DNA of 64,000 nt from Patescibacteria group bacterium (GTDB lineage Bacteria > Patescibacteriota > Microgenomatia > UM-FILTER-40-11). Positions within the stretch are counted from its first letter, which is position 1. Each line of letters opens with the position of its first letter. The stretch is taken from NCBI GenBank assembly GCA_035530075.1, contig DATKVM010000002.1, forward strand, positions 24,818-88,817, in the 5' to 3' direction. The position numbers and the translations under genes were made by a program. Of this stretch, positions 19,882-29,206 are shown piece after piece. The notes beneath the pieces were generated by a model that saw only the letters and a list, made by a program, of their open reading frames with translations, had not been told where the DNA came from and made no database searches.

Positions 19882-20843
19882 TATTTTTTCTCTGATTCTT
19901 TTAAGGGATGGAATTTACGATGGGTTTCTTCAGCAAATTTATCGGAGGCGTGGACATACCTGGTAGTCGTATCCAAAGATTCGTGACCAAGGAGAATTTG
20001 AATCGCCGCCGGGTTAGCGCCGGATTCAGCCAAATAAGTGGCAAACCCGTGTCTTAAGGAATGGGCACTCGTCGGGACATTGATTTTCAACTTTTGCCGA
20101 TATTCTTTAATTTTCATCTGGATATAATTAGTCGAAAGCCTTTTTTTGTTTGAAGATACATTAGGACCGGCATAAGGGATAAAAAGGGCTTCTAGGCCAT
20201 CCTGGCGGGTTGCCAGGTAGCGCTCTAAGATATTTTGAGCTCGGGGAGTTAAATAAACAAACCGTTCCTTTTTGCCTTTGCCCATAATAAAGATTTTGCC
20301 GGAACCGTCAATGTCTTGCCGATTTAACTGACAAATCTCGGAAATCCTCATCCCGGTAGAAAATAAAATCTCCATAATTACCTGGTTTCTTAAAGCGATT
20401 TGCGGGTCGTTCTCGAGATATGCCGGTGACTCAATCAGCTTAACTAAGTCCGCCATCTCCGCCACCTGGCCGTGTTTCTTTTCGGTCTTGACCATCTTGA
20501 CTGCCTCCGGTGGCAAGGGACAAGGCAAATCCATTTCAATTAAATATTTAAGAAAGCTTCGCAAAGCCGACAGCATCCGATTCAAACTCTTGGAGGCCAA
20601 TTCCTCCTCCGCGACTTCATTTTTAATTGGGGTCCGGCGGTCACGCGAAGCTAAATAAGCTTTAAATTGAGCGACAATTTTTTTGTCAACCTTTTCAAGC
20701 GGGGTAGAGGAGTCAGCCAGGAATTGGGCAAAGACCTGCAGGTCCCGCTCATAGTTGTAAATAGTCTCTAAAGAATAATTGTTGGTCTTCAAGTGAAGCA
20801 GGAAATCGTCAAAATAAGGCAGCATTATTTTTAATGATACCAT
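19881..20843 (-). CDS. xerC: tyrosine site-specific recombinase, XerC/XerD-like
   Basis: C-terminal catalytic box HSLRHGFATYLAESGANPAAIQILLGHESLDTTTRYVH with R..HxxR..Y residues. An N-terminal SAM-like core-binding domain is present. Confidence 0.85.
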   Translation of the reverse strand: MVSLKIMLPYFDDFLLHLKTNNYSLETIYNYERDLQVFAQFLADSSTPLEKVDKKIVAQFKAYLASRDRRTPIKNEVAEEELASKSLNRMLSALRSFLKYLIEMDLPCPLPPEAVKMVKTEKKHGQVAEMADLVKLIESPAYLENDPQIALRNQVIMEILFSTGMRISEICQLNRQDIDGSGKIFIMGKGKKERFVYLTPRAQNILERYLATRQDGLEALFIPYAGPNVSSNKKRLSTNYIQMKIKEYRQKLKINVPTSAHSLRHGFATYLAESGANPAAIQILLGHESLDTTTRYVHASDKFAEETHRKFHPLKESEKK

Positions 20844-20896
20844 TTGCCAGAGGGGAGAAGAAGAAAAGTCCTATTAGGGTATTGGGCTACTTCTCC

Positions 20897-20929
20897 TCAA
20901 ACCCTGGACTGAGTGTAAGGGATATTATA
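20897..20929. other. perfect 9-bp-stem hairpin GGACTGAGT-(14 nt)-ACTCAGTCC in the 5' region of xer
   Basis: Read directly from the sequence. A possible minus-strand promoter (TTGACA 20966-20971 rc, TATAGA 20944-20949 rc) sits upstream of it. Confidence 0.3.
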
Positions 20930-21426
20930 CTCAGTCCTTCTTAGTCTATAACCCCACCGACTTATTTGTCAAACGACTGCCTGAAAAGCCCCAGGACGGC
21001 TCGTGAGAGAAACTAACGATTACTCAGTTATCTTTTCTCTCCTCTAAATGGAGCGTCCTCTTTTTAAAATCTGGAAATTTTTTCTAATTTCGCGTGTCCC
21101 CCGGCTAGTCTCAACTAAGCGAGGTGTCGGCTCAAAAAGTGCTCGCCAGTTATCCACAGTCGAGCGGCGGTAACTACTATCAAACTATATCATTTAAGCC
21201 TAATGCGGCTTCGGATGGGCCATATTTGCTACTGGTTTTCTTTGGCAATTCTTAACTTTCCTTGCCAAATCGTGAAAATAGCGCGAGCGTTCGTGAAAAA
21301 TAACTTTCTTGGTTATGGGATGTTCACATTATAGGCCTTTACAGCTACCCCCACTCCCCTTTTCCCTAACCTCTGTCAAAAAAATTATTTAAAACCGGGG
21401 CTCAAATAAATTAACCAATGCGCCCT

Positions 21427-22200
21427 TTAACCCCAGGCGGTATAAGCCAGAAGAACAACTAAGACTAAGAGACCGACGGTCAAGTACTCCTCTACTGTCT
21501 TTTTAAAAAGCCGGTCGTTTAATTTTGCTTGGACAATGCCTAAGGAAACGTAAACCAGTGAGGTGAGAAAAAGAGAGCCCAAAGTGATAGCCGTTGGCCA
21601 AAAGGAAAGGATGAGAGCTATCTCCCCCATTCCGAGCGCCATTAAAAGAGAATAAAGTAAAAGTTGACCAGAAATTTTTTCTTCTAAATTAACTGCCCAA
21701 GTGCCATGGAGAAATAAGAAGAAAGAAATAACGGCCACCAATAAAGCGCTTTGATAGAAGTGAAGCCGAAAGGAAAAAATCGTATCGTAAAGCAAAAAAG
21801 AGGTAATTAAAGTTAACAGAAAGCCAACGGCGGAGGCGGAGCGGAAAAGCTGAATCGTCCGAATCGCCGCCACAGCAAAAATGTTCTCGCTCAAAAAAAG
21901 AACGTACATCCCCACAAAGTAAATAAGAATAACCGGAATGGCGGTTAAAAGCGAGCCGGGTAAAAGAAAGTAAAAAAGGCCAACGCCAGCCGTGAAAAAC
22001 ATCGGCAAGATCCAAGAAACCAACCAAATCGGGCCATGCAAAGCTTCCTCTAATGACCAAAGCGTCAAAGGAATAGTTAAAAGGGAAAGTAAGAAAATCG
22101 CTTCGTAACGATTAGTGAAGCCGACCAATTGAATTAAAATAAAGCCCAAAGTAAGAAGGAGAGAGCTAAAAATGAACTTGCGACGTTTGGTTAAAAACAT
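21427..22200 (-). CDS. polytopic integral membrane protein, function unknown
   Basis: About 8 hydrophobic helices and no catalytic motif recognised. Confidence 0.6.
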   Translation of the reverse strand: MFLTKRRKFIFSSLLLTLGFILIQLVGFTNRYEAIFLLSLLTIPLTLWSLEEALHGPIWLVSWILPMFFTAGVGLFYFLLPGSLLTAIPVILIYFVGMYVLFLSENIFAVAAIRTIQLFRSASAVGFLLTLITSFLLYDTIFSFRLHFYQSALLVAVISFFLFLHGTWAVNLEEKISGQLLLYSLLMALGMGEIALILSFWPTAITLGSLFLTSLVYVSLGIVQAKLNDRLFKKTVEEYLTVGLLVLVVLLAYTAWG

Positions 22201-22220
22201 AACCTGGCGCTAAATTAACT

Positions 22221-22982
22221 TTAAGCAGCGGCCGGCTCGGGTAAAAATTCATCGGGAATATCAAAGTTAGCGTAAACCCGCTGAACATCATCTAAGGACT
22301 CCAGCTTCTCCAAAAGACCAAGCACTTGCTGAGCCGTCTTTTGGTCGGCAATAGCGACTAAGTTAACCGGCTTCATCTCAATTTCCACTGATGTCGGCTG
22401 AAGATTGGCAGCAGCGAGCTTCTCTTTAGTCGCCATTAGGTTTTCCGGACTAACATGAATTTCCAAGTTGTTATCCCCTGCTTCTTCAACATCGTCTACC
22501 CCCAAGTCAATAATCTTTAATATCGCTTCTTCTTTATTACCAGAAACATTCACAATCAGGGAACCAACTTTTTGGAAATTATAGACCACCGCTCCCGGAG
22601 AAGTTAAGCTTCCCCCATTACGGTCAAAGATATTTTTGACTTCTTGAACCGTTCTTTGCTTATTGTCGGTCGTTACCTCGACTAAAACCCCCACTCCGCC
22701 TGGGGCGTAGCCTTCATAGGTCGCCTCCATTAACGCCGCTTCTTCCCCTTTACCGCCCACTCGATCAATTGCCCGCTGAATATTATCTTTGGGCATATTG
22801 ACTGCTCGAGCCCTTTCAATCGCCAGTCGGAGCCGAAAGTTATGCTCGGGGTCAGTAATCCCTCCGCCATCGCGGACCGCTAAAGTGATAGCATTAGCGA
22901 TTTTAGTAAAAGCCTGACCGCGCTTTTGGTCGGTCGCTTCTTTCTGCCGATGAATAGTGGCCCATTTTGAGTGACCAGACAT
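22221..22982 (-). CDS. yebC: YebC/PmpR-family transcriptional regulator
   Basis: MSGHSKWATIHRQKEATDQKRG...KIANAITLAVRDGG, the canonical family N-terminus. Confidence 0.92.
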   Translation of the reverse strand: MSGHSKWATIHRQKEATDQKRGQAFTKIANAITLAVRDGGGITDPEHNFRLRLAIERARAVNMPKDNIQRAIDRVGGKGEEAALMEATYEGYAPGGVGVLVEVTTDNKQRTVQEVKNIFDRNGGSLTSPGAVVYNFQKVGSLIVNVSGNKEEAILKIIDLGVDDVEEAGDNNLEIHVSPENLMATKEKLAAANLQPTSVEIEMKPVNLVAIADQKTAQQVLGLLEKLESLDDVQRVYANFDIPDEFLPEPAAA

Positions 22983-22991
22983 GAGGGTATT

Positions 22992-23891
22992 TTACCATCT
23001 TTCGCCTCTTTTTTTCCAGTAATCCTCTCCTAAAATTAATATCAAGTCGGCGCGAGCGGTGGTTCCCTCTATCCTTTTTATCCTTCTTGTCGGGCAATCA
23101 AAGACTGTCGCTAACCAGCGGGCAGTATAACTCTCCACCGGGTTGGTAACCAAAAGATGGCAACTGCTTTCGCTCTCCTGAGCATCGCCGAAATGAACTA
23201 CTCGCCCCCCCGCTTTTTCCACAAAATAAGCTGCTTCTTGAGCTATGCCATTATGGTTGGTGGCGTTAAGAATTTCCAACGAAAGTGATTCTTCCCTCAA
23301 ACGCTGATCCGGCAAAAGAGTTTCCTCTCCCTGACGAAAGTCTCGCGTCTCACAAAGGGTTTCGTTCAAACGACTAGCGCGCCAAAAAAGTAAAGCTAAG
23401 TCGGCCCTTCTAAGATCGGTTTTTGCCTCACCCCAAAACGCTTCCCAAAAAATCCGTTTTAAAAAAGCTTTCGGTTTAGTCCAGGCCAATTGCTCAAGCG
23501 GCTGAGGATAATAAAGATAGCCAAAGATAGGGGCGAGTAAGAGCTCCCTCGTTGTCTCTTCCAAAAGCTGCCCCCCTCTCTTTTCCAGCTCACCTAAAGC
23601 ATAAACTTTTCCCAATTGATATTCTCCAAAGTCCCGCGGGACCTTGACCTTGTCCTCCGCCGGCAAGACTAAAACTTCTCCTGCCCGTCCCTCTAGCGAT
23701 AAGACCAAGAGCTGATTTTTAGCGGATAGAAGAACCAAATTTATTCGACTTAAAGCCAGTAATTTCAATTGCCGGAAACCAAGGTAAACCTTCAATGACA
23801 AACCAAAGAGAGAAAGAAATAAAATTAATCCCAGGCAAAAAACCCACTTTTTAGGGCGGTCTACTTGACGGCGATTTTTAGTCTTTCTCAT
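22992..23891 (-). CDS. membrane-anchored LytR_C-domain protein, possibly LCP-related
   Basis: An N-terminal TM anchor. The C-terminal region LEILNATNHNGIAQEAAYFVEKAGGRVVHFGDA resembles the LytR cell-envelope C-terminal domain. Confidence 0.45.
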   Translation of the reverse strand: MRKTKNRRQVDRPKKWVFCLGLILFLSLFGLSLKVYLGFRQLKLLALSRINLVLLSAKNQLLVLSLEGRAGEVLVLPAEDKVKVPRDFGEYQLGKVYALGELEKRGGQLLEETTRELLLAPIFGYLYYPQPLEQLAWTKPKAFLKRIFWEAFWGEAKTDLRRADLALLFWRASRLNETLCETRDFRQGEETLLPDQRLREESLSLEILNATNHNGIAQEAAYFVEKAGGRVVHFGDAQESESSCHLLVTNPVESYTARWLATVFDCPTRRIKRIEGTTARADLILILGEDYWKKRGERW

Positions 23892-23896
23892 CTATT

Positions 23897-25135
23897 TCAA
23901 TAACCGAGCCATTCTTCTTTTAATTGGGCAAAATTGCCCTCTTCGATCGCTTTTCGCATCTGACTAACCAATCCTTCCAAAAAACAAAGATTGTGGTAAG
24001 TGGCGAGCCGATAAGCCAAAAGTTCTTTCGCCCGGAAAAGGTGATGAACATAAGCCCGGCTATAATTATGACACACCCAACAGTCACATTGCTCATCAAG
24101 CGGCGATGAATCTCGAGCAGATTGAGATTTCATAATATCCATCATGTAGTTTTGAGTTTTGAGTTTTGAGTTTTTAACTAGTACCTGTCCCATCCGTCCG
24201 AGTCTCGTCGGCATAACGCAGTCAAAGCTGTCCACTCCTCTTTCCACTAGAGCAAAAATATCATCAATCTCCCCCACCCCTAATAGATGGCGGGGTTTAT
24301 TTTTCGGCAAAAGTGGCACTGTCCATTCCAAAACATTCGTCATTTCTTTTTTGCTCTCTCCCACGGATACTCCGCCAATGGCCAGACCATCGAAATCCAG
24401 TCCACTGATAAATCTGGCTGATTCCCGTCGTAAATCCTCAAACACTCCCCCCTGGACTACTCCGTAAAGCGCCTGATCGCTCTTTCCCAACTTTGAACTT
24501 TGCCTGCCCGACATTGCAAGTCGTTTGCAGGCGGCCACTTTGAACTTTGAACTTGCCGATAGGCATCTAGAGGCCCACCGATGAGTTCGCTCCATCGCCC
24601 GACGGGCATATTCATGGGTAGCCGGAAAGTAAAGACATTCATCAAAGGCAATCATTATATCGGCTCCTAGAATTACCTGGGCTTCAATTGATTTTTCCGG
24701 GGTAAACCCGTGTAAAGAGCCGTCCAAATGAGAGCGAAAAGTTACCCCCTCTTCGCCGATTTTCACTAAGGGCATTTCTGTTTCTGTCCCGCAAACCCGC
24801 GCCCGTTTTTGACGGTTAACCTCACCTAAAGAAAAAATCTGAAAGCCGGCGGAGTCGGTCATTAGCGGCCCTTCCCAATTCATAAATTGATGCAAACCCC
24901 CAAATTTTTCAATTACCGAAAGTCCCGGCCGAAGATACATATGGTAGGTATTGACAAAAAAAACTTGGGTGCCAATGGTGCGTAAATCCTCCATCGAGAG
25001 CGATTTAACCGTCGCCTGAGTCCCCACCGGGACAAAAGCCGGAGTTTTAATTAGACCATGTTCAGTTTGGATAATCCCGGTCCGGGCGTTGGTCTTTTTA
25101 TCCTTAGCCACAATTTGGAAACTAAAGGTGGTCAC
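23897..25135 (-). CDS. tgt: queuine tRNA-ribosyltransferase
   Basis: Contains VFFVNTYHMYLRPG, LMTDSAGFQIFSL and a C-terminal zinc site CDCWVCHNYSRAYVHHL. It carries an internal insert-like segment (see findings). Confidence 0.9.
   Translation of the reverse strand: MTTFSFQIVAKDKKTNARTGIIQTEHGLIKTPAFVPVGTQATVKSLSMEDLRTIGTQVFFVNTYHMYLRPGLSVIEKFGGLHQFMNWEGPLMTDSAGFQIFSLGEVNRQKRARVCGTETEMPLVKIGEEGVTFRSHLDGSLHGFTPEKSIEAQVILGADIMIAFDECLYFPATHEYARRAMERTHRWASRCLSASSKFKVAACKRLAMSGRQSSKLGKSDQALYGVVQGGVFEDLRRESARFISGLDFDGLAIGGVSVGESKKEMTNVLEWTVPLLPKNKPRHLLGVGEIDDIFALVERGVDSFDCVMPTRLGRMGQVLVKNSKLKTQNYMMDIMKSQSARDSSPLDEQCDCWVCHNYSRAYVHHLFRAKELLAYRLATYHNLCFLEGLVSQMRKAIEEGNFAQLKEEWLGY
24150..24175. repeat. 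(TTTTGAG)x3 tandem heptamer inside tgt
   Basis: ttttgagttttgagttttgagttttt read directly. It encodes KLKTQN on the reverse strand. Confidence 0.8.
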
Positions 25136-25156
25136 TCGCTCGCTACTCTCTCCTAA

Positions 25157-26872
25157 CTACCGACTATCGGTTTCATGCTCTTTTTTAACCTGCTTTATTT
25201 TAAGGCTAATGTCCTCTTTCTTTAAACCAAAATACTGCAAAATGCGGTGGCCCATTGATAAAGCCGCCTCGAATTCGGGCTGGATAATCTGGTCTACTCC
25301 CAAAGCTTTTAATTCCTGCCCTTCTCCTTCCAAGTGTGAACGGCAAATAACCGTCACCCGCCGATTAAGCGCCTGGCAATTGGTCATTACCATTCGCTGG
25401 GTCAAGGGATCAGGCAAGGCAATTACCACCAGTCTGGCCTTATCAACCTGGGCCAAGTCCAATACTTCCAGCTCGGTCGGGTCGCCAAAAATCACCGGTT
25501 TTTCCGCTAACTGTAAACTTCTTACTATCTCCGGATTATACTCGACGACCACATAGGGAATTTTGGCCTTATCCAAAATTGCCCCTACCCACTTGCCTAC
25601 CCGGCCGTAACCGAGAATGACCACATGTTTCTCAAAAGGAAGTTCCTCGGCCGGGGAGCGGCGGTCGAAACGGGCAAAAAACTGCTGATGTAAGACGGGC
25701 CATCGTTGAGAGAAGTGATTAGCCACCCAATAAAGCTTTTCCGCCGCGGTAAAAAACCAGGGGGTCAGAACCATCGTAAAAAGCGCCACCGAAACAATTA
25801 AAAAATAAGTTTCTTTATCAATAAAATGGCCAGAGAGAGCGGTCGCCGCCAGGACAAAAGAAAATTCCCCTACTTGAGCTAAGCCAAAAGAACAGGAAAA
25901 AATCGTCTGGGCATGATAGCCAAAACAAATTAAAAGCAGCGCCACCAAAAATAGCTTTAAAAGCAAAAAACAAAAACCGAGTAAAAGAATTTGGCCTCCA
26001 GAAGCAATAAAGAACCCAGGCTCAAGACTTAAACCCAAAGAAACAAAAAAAATGGCCAAAAAAACGTCCCGGAGTGGTCTTATCTCCGAAAAAACAGCAA
26101 AATGGGCCGAAGCTTGACTTAAGATCAGACCAGCCAAGAAAGCTCCTAAACCAAAAGAAAAGCCGAAGTTAGCGGAAAGAAGGGCAAAGAAAAAGACCAC
26201 CGCCACTGCGAATAGCAAAAGCAACTCCCGGTTCTTAAGGGAGGAAACAAAGTCCGCCAACTTAGGCACCACTTTACTGGCGGCGGCCCAAGTCAAAAGC
26301 AAAATCACCAGCGCCTTGCCCATCATCAACAAATTTGCCACCATTCCAGCACCGTTAAAAAGCGCCGGCATTAGGCTAATCATCGGCAAAACCGCTAAAT
26401 CTTGGACTAAGAGCCAGCCAACCATAATCTCGCCCGGTAAGCTTTCCAATCGGGCTTTTTCGCTCAAAATCTTGACCACAATTGCCGTTGAAGAAAGAGA
26501 AAAAGCGCTGGCCGCAATAAAAGCGGCAGGAAATGAAAAATCAAAAAATCTTTCCAAAAGCCAAGCGCCAATTAAAACCGTCAGGATAATTTGGCTTCCC
26601 CCGCCTCCAAAAGCAACTTTCTTAAGTTTGTCAACCTTCTTTAAAGAAAATTCCAATCCCAATGAAAACATCAAAAAGGCCAAACCGATTTCCGCTACCG
26701 TTCCCAAGCTTTCGCGGGCCAAACCTAACCGGCCAACCAGACTGGAAATACTCAAGCCGGCCAGGAGGTAACCAAAGATAATTGGTTGTTTTATTTGTCT
26801 GGCCAGCAAACCGCCAATGAAGGCGCCGCCTATAACTACCAGCAACCCCAAAAGCAGGGAAAAATTGAGCAT
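25157..26872 (-). CDS. monovalent cation:proton antiporter (CPA2/Kef type) with a C-terminal RCK/TrkA-N domain
   Basis: 12-13 TM helices followed by the Rossmann motif VVILGYGRVGKWVGAIL. Confidence 0.85.
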   Translation of the reverse strand: MLNFSLLLGLLVVIGGAFIGGLLARQIKQPIIFGYLLAGLSISSLVGRLGLARESLGTVAEIGLAFLMFSLGLEFSLKKVDKLKKVAFGGGGSQIILTVLIGAWLLERFFDFSFPAAFIAASAFSLSSTAIVVKILSEKARLESLPGEIMVGWLLVQDLAVLPMISLMPALFNGAGMVANLLMMGKALVILLLTWAAASKVVPKLADFVSSLKNRELLLLFAVAVVFFFALLSANFGFSFGLGAFLAGLILSQASAHFAVFSEIRPLRDVFLAIFFVSLGLSLEPGFFIASGGQILLLGFCFLLLKLFLVALLLICFGYHAQTIFSCSFGLAQVGEFSFVLAATALSGHFIDKETYFLIVSVALFTMVLTPWFFTAAEKLYWVANHFSQRWPVLHQQFFARFDRRSPAEELPFEKHVVILGYGRVGKWVGAILDKAKIPYVVVEYNPEIVRSLQLAEKPVIFGDPTELEVLDLAQVDKARLVVIALPDPLTQRMVMTNCQALNRRVTVICRSHLEGEGQELKALGVDQIIQPEFEAALSMGHRILQYFGLKKEDISLKIKQVKKEHETDSR

Positions 26873-26878
26873 ACCTTT

Positions 26879-27301
26879 TTATGATAGCTTCTTGGTTTTT
26901 AGCAAGTCAACGAGAAGAAGAAGCCCCCCGAAACCAATAGTTATATCCGCCAAATTGAAAACGGGAACGAAAGGTAAGTGGATAAAATCCACTACTCCCC
27001 CCAAAAACAGCCGGTCAATTAAGTTGGAAAGACCGCCGATAAAAATCAGGGCCAACTCAAATCTTCTTAATGGCCAAAAAAGAAATAAGAAACCACAGAA
27101 AATAAGGATTAAAAGTGAGAGAAAAATCAGAAAGGGGGTAGAAAAAGTTAAGGCTACCCCCCAAGAAAGGCCTTGATTAACAATCGCCTGAGAATTTCTT
27201 AAAAAGAAGAGTTTGCTTAAGCGGTCAGCCAACCAAATCCCTATAAGACCCCCCGGAAGCGCCTTGTTTACTGTTCTTTCTTTTTCTCGCATTTGACGCA
27301 A
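26879..27301 (-). CDS. lspA: lipoprotein signal peptidase II
   Basis: NQGLSWGV...FNLADITIGFGGLLLL. 140 aa with four TM segments. Confidence 0.8.
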   Translation of the reverse strand: MRQMREKERTVNKALPGGLIGIWLADRLSKLFFLRNSQAIVNQGLSWGVALTFSTPFLIFLSLLILIFCGFLFLFWPLRRFELALIFIGGLSNLIDRLFLGGVVDFIHLPFVPVFNLADITIGFGGLLLLVDLLKTKKLS

Positions 27302-27678
27302 AAGGTAGCTTCGGGAAAAATTGTCAGCCGATCGGTATCAATCATTTGGCCACATTTTTCGCAAATACCGTATTTGCCGACCTTAATGCGAGTAAGGGCT
27401 TTTCTAACTTGGACTAATTTGCGGTCAATTTCTTTCTTAAGTCCCTCAACATTGGCATGGCCAAATTGCTCCGCCGCATCAGCGTCAGAAGAGGCGTTGT
27501 TCATCAAGCGCTTCGGGTCTTTAAACGGATCTTGCTCCTCTAGCCTTTTTTTGCGCTCATTTAATTTTCTTTCCTCCAAGTGGAGGAATTGCTTAATCGG
27601 TTCTAGTAAGGTGGCCGGGAAAACGACTTTTGCCATTTTTATCCTCCTTGAATGAAAGGCGACCCTTAAAGAGTCCAC
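27268..27678 (-). CDS. DksA/TraR-family C4 zinc-finger protein
   Basis: C-terminal CEKCGQMIDTDRLTIFPEATFCVKCEKKK. The likely real start is the internal Met (MAKVVFP) near 27636. Confidence 0.75.
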   Translation of the reverse strand: MDSLRVAFHSRRIKMAKVVFPATLLEPIKQFLHLEERKLNERKKRLEEQDPFKDPKRLMNNASSDADAAEQFGHANVEGLKKEIDRKLVQVRKALTRIKVGKYGICEKCGQMIDTDRLTIFPEATFCVKCEKKKEQ

Positions 27679-28393
27679 CCCAATCTTTCTTAAGGTCGCG
27701 TTCGGACCGATAATAAAGAATACCTAAACAAACCAAAATTGAAAACAACCATGCCCAATTACTTAAGTATATCTTACCATTTTCTAAGAAAGCAAGCAAG
27801 AAAAGCAAAGCGAAAATCCAAGAGCCAGAGAAAGAAATTAAAAAACCGGTTTTGCCGCTTTGGTACCAGGTAAAAGAGCGGTATTTTCTTTTCAGCCAAG
27901 GAAAGGTTAAAATCCCCCAGAGACCAAGACCTAAATAGGCCAAGCTCCAATACCGACCAGTGGTCAAAAAAGTGCCGCCTCCGCCGGCCACTAGAAAAAA
28001 GAAAATGGGCAGAGTTAAAGCATCCAAAAATTCCCAGGGGTTCCGTTTTGAACGGGCATTCTGCCAATAAGCAATTAAAACGGCCCCCATAAAGGCCCCC
28101 ACCAAAGAAAAGTTTTCTCGGACCGATAAAGTCAACCAATTAACCAGGGAAAGGCCAAAGTCATTTAGATTAAAAAGAACGAAAAACAAGCGAGAAAAAA
28201 TCAAAGCCATTACCCCGACGGCGAGACTGGAACCGAAGATTATTTCCTCTGGATAATCTTCTTTCAAGTAACGCCAGATGGCAAAGGAAGAAATCACCGT
28301 CGCCCCCGCTAAACCCCAGAAAAGAGGGGTAACCATAATTGGGCCAATAGCAAAAGAAAGATCGGGAATCATTGTGTCTTTGACATTTGTCAT
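27593..28393 (-). CDS. lgt: probable prolipoprotein diacylglyceryl transferase
   Basis: N-terminus PDLSFAIGPIMVTPLFWGLAG...IFSRLFFVLFN resembles Lgt DPVAF.IGP...GARLGYVLF. 7 TM helices. Adjacent to lspA. Confidence 0.5.
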   Translation of the reverse strand: MTNVKDTMIPDLSFAIGPIMVTPLFWGLAGATVISSFAIWRYLKEDYPEEIIFGSSLAVGVMALIFSRLFFVLFNLNDFGLSLVNWLTLSVRENFSLVGAFMGAVLIAYWQNARSKRNPWEFLDALTLPIFFFLVAGGGGTFLTTGRYWSLAYLGLGLWGILTFPWLKRKYRSFTWYQSGKTGFLISFSGSWIFALLFLLAFLENGKIYLSNWAWLFSILVCLGILYYRSERDLKKDWGGLFKGRLSFKEDKNGKSRFPGHLTRTD

Positions 28394-28507
28394 TTTATCA
28401 CATTATACCCAAAACACTTTGATTTTAATTCTAACTATAACATTTTGGGTTCAAAATCACTTATGAAGAGTTGCAAACTCAAGTAAGATGAGTTTATACT
28501 TATCTTT

Positions 28508-28972
28508 ATGCTTGAGCTTGCCCACGCCTTAACCGGCGCGACTCTCGCGATTAAAATCCAAAATCCCTGGCTCTCACTCCCCTTTTCCTTTCTTTCCCAC
28601 TTCCTGATAGACCTTCTCCCTCACTGGAACCCAAACCTGAAAATGACCAAAAAAAAGGAGGGTCTTTTTTATTTACCGCCAAAAACCGTTATCCTAATTG
28701 TCATTGATTGTTTAGTTGGTCTTTTTTTGAGCCTCTTTTTGACTTTTCGAGCTTTACCTGATTTTAACCGAGCCTTAATAATTGCCGCGGGGACATTTTT
28801 GGCCATTCTACCAGATTTGGCGGAAGCACCTTACTTTTTCTTTGGCTATAAAAGTCAGTTTGTCAAACACTTAATCTTTTTTCAAAAGAAACTCCAATGG
28901 AAAGCTTCTTTCCTACCCGGAATTCTTTTCCAAATCCTTTATGTTACCCTCCTTTTAGCCTGGGTTCTTTAA
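28508..28972 (+). CDS. small integral membrane protein, unknown function
   Basis: 154 aa with four hydrophobic segments. Confidence 0.45.
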   Translation: MLELAHALTGATLAIKIQNPWLSLPFSFLSHFLIDLLPHWNPNLKMTKKKEGLFYLPPKTVILIVIDCLVGLFLSLFLTFRALPDFNRALIIAAGTFLAILPDLAEAPYFFFGYKSQFVKHLIFFQKKLQWKASFLPGILFQILYVTLLLAWVL

Positions 28973-29021
28973 GGCCAATCAGCCTATCAAAACACCCCCT
29001 AATTTGGTAAAATATAGGCAG

Positions 29022-29105
29022 GCTGCGGTGCTGGAATGGTAGACAGGCTAGTCTCAAAAACTAGTGGCTCAAAAAGCCGTGAGAGTTCGACTCTCTCCCG
29101 CAGCA
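29022..29105 (+). tRNA. tRNA-Leu (anticodon CAA), type II with a long variable arm; CCA not encoded
   Basis: Acceptor GCTGCGG pairs with CCGCAGC. Has U8, a 3-bp D stem, anticodon stem CTAGT/ACTAG with loop CTCAAAA, a long variable arm GGCTCAAAAAGCC, T arm GAGTTCGACTCTC and discriminator A. Confidence 0.85.
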
Positions 29106-29206
29106 CAAAGAGGGTTCGCCTGCCCTGAGCGAACTTGTACTGAGCAGTTCGATAAACTCACTGTAAACTTCGTCGAAGTAGTCGAAGGGACTCCCTCCCC
29201 CGGCAC

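Noticed and set aside
20844-21426. tmRNA, RNase P RNA or SRP RNA in the 580-bp gap
   Set aside because: I could not find the tRNA-like T-arm and ANDENYALAA-type tag frame of tmRNA. I could not find the GGAAAGTCCGGGC P4 motif of RNase P or the AGGUCAGG/GGAAG domain-IV motif of SRP RNA. A covariance-model search is needed to settle it.
25089-27176. Plus-strand ORFs of 119-155 aa overlapping the Kef and lspA genes
   Set aside because: They are shadows of well-supported minus-strand genes, with Ser/Pro/Lys-rich low-complexity translations.
29106-29206. Structured region downstream of tRNA-Leu with a GTTCGC...GCGAAC hairpin and TCGAAG direct repeats, considered as an integration att site
   Set aside because: No integrase, no tRNA 3'-end duplication and no cargo genes lie adjacent. 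It is probably just a terminator-like hairpin.
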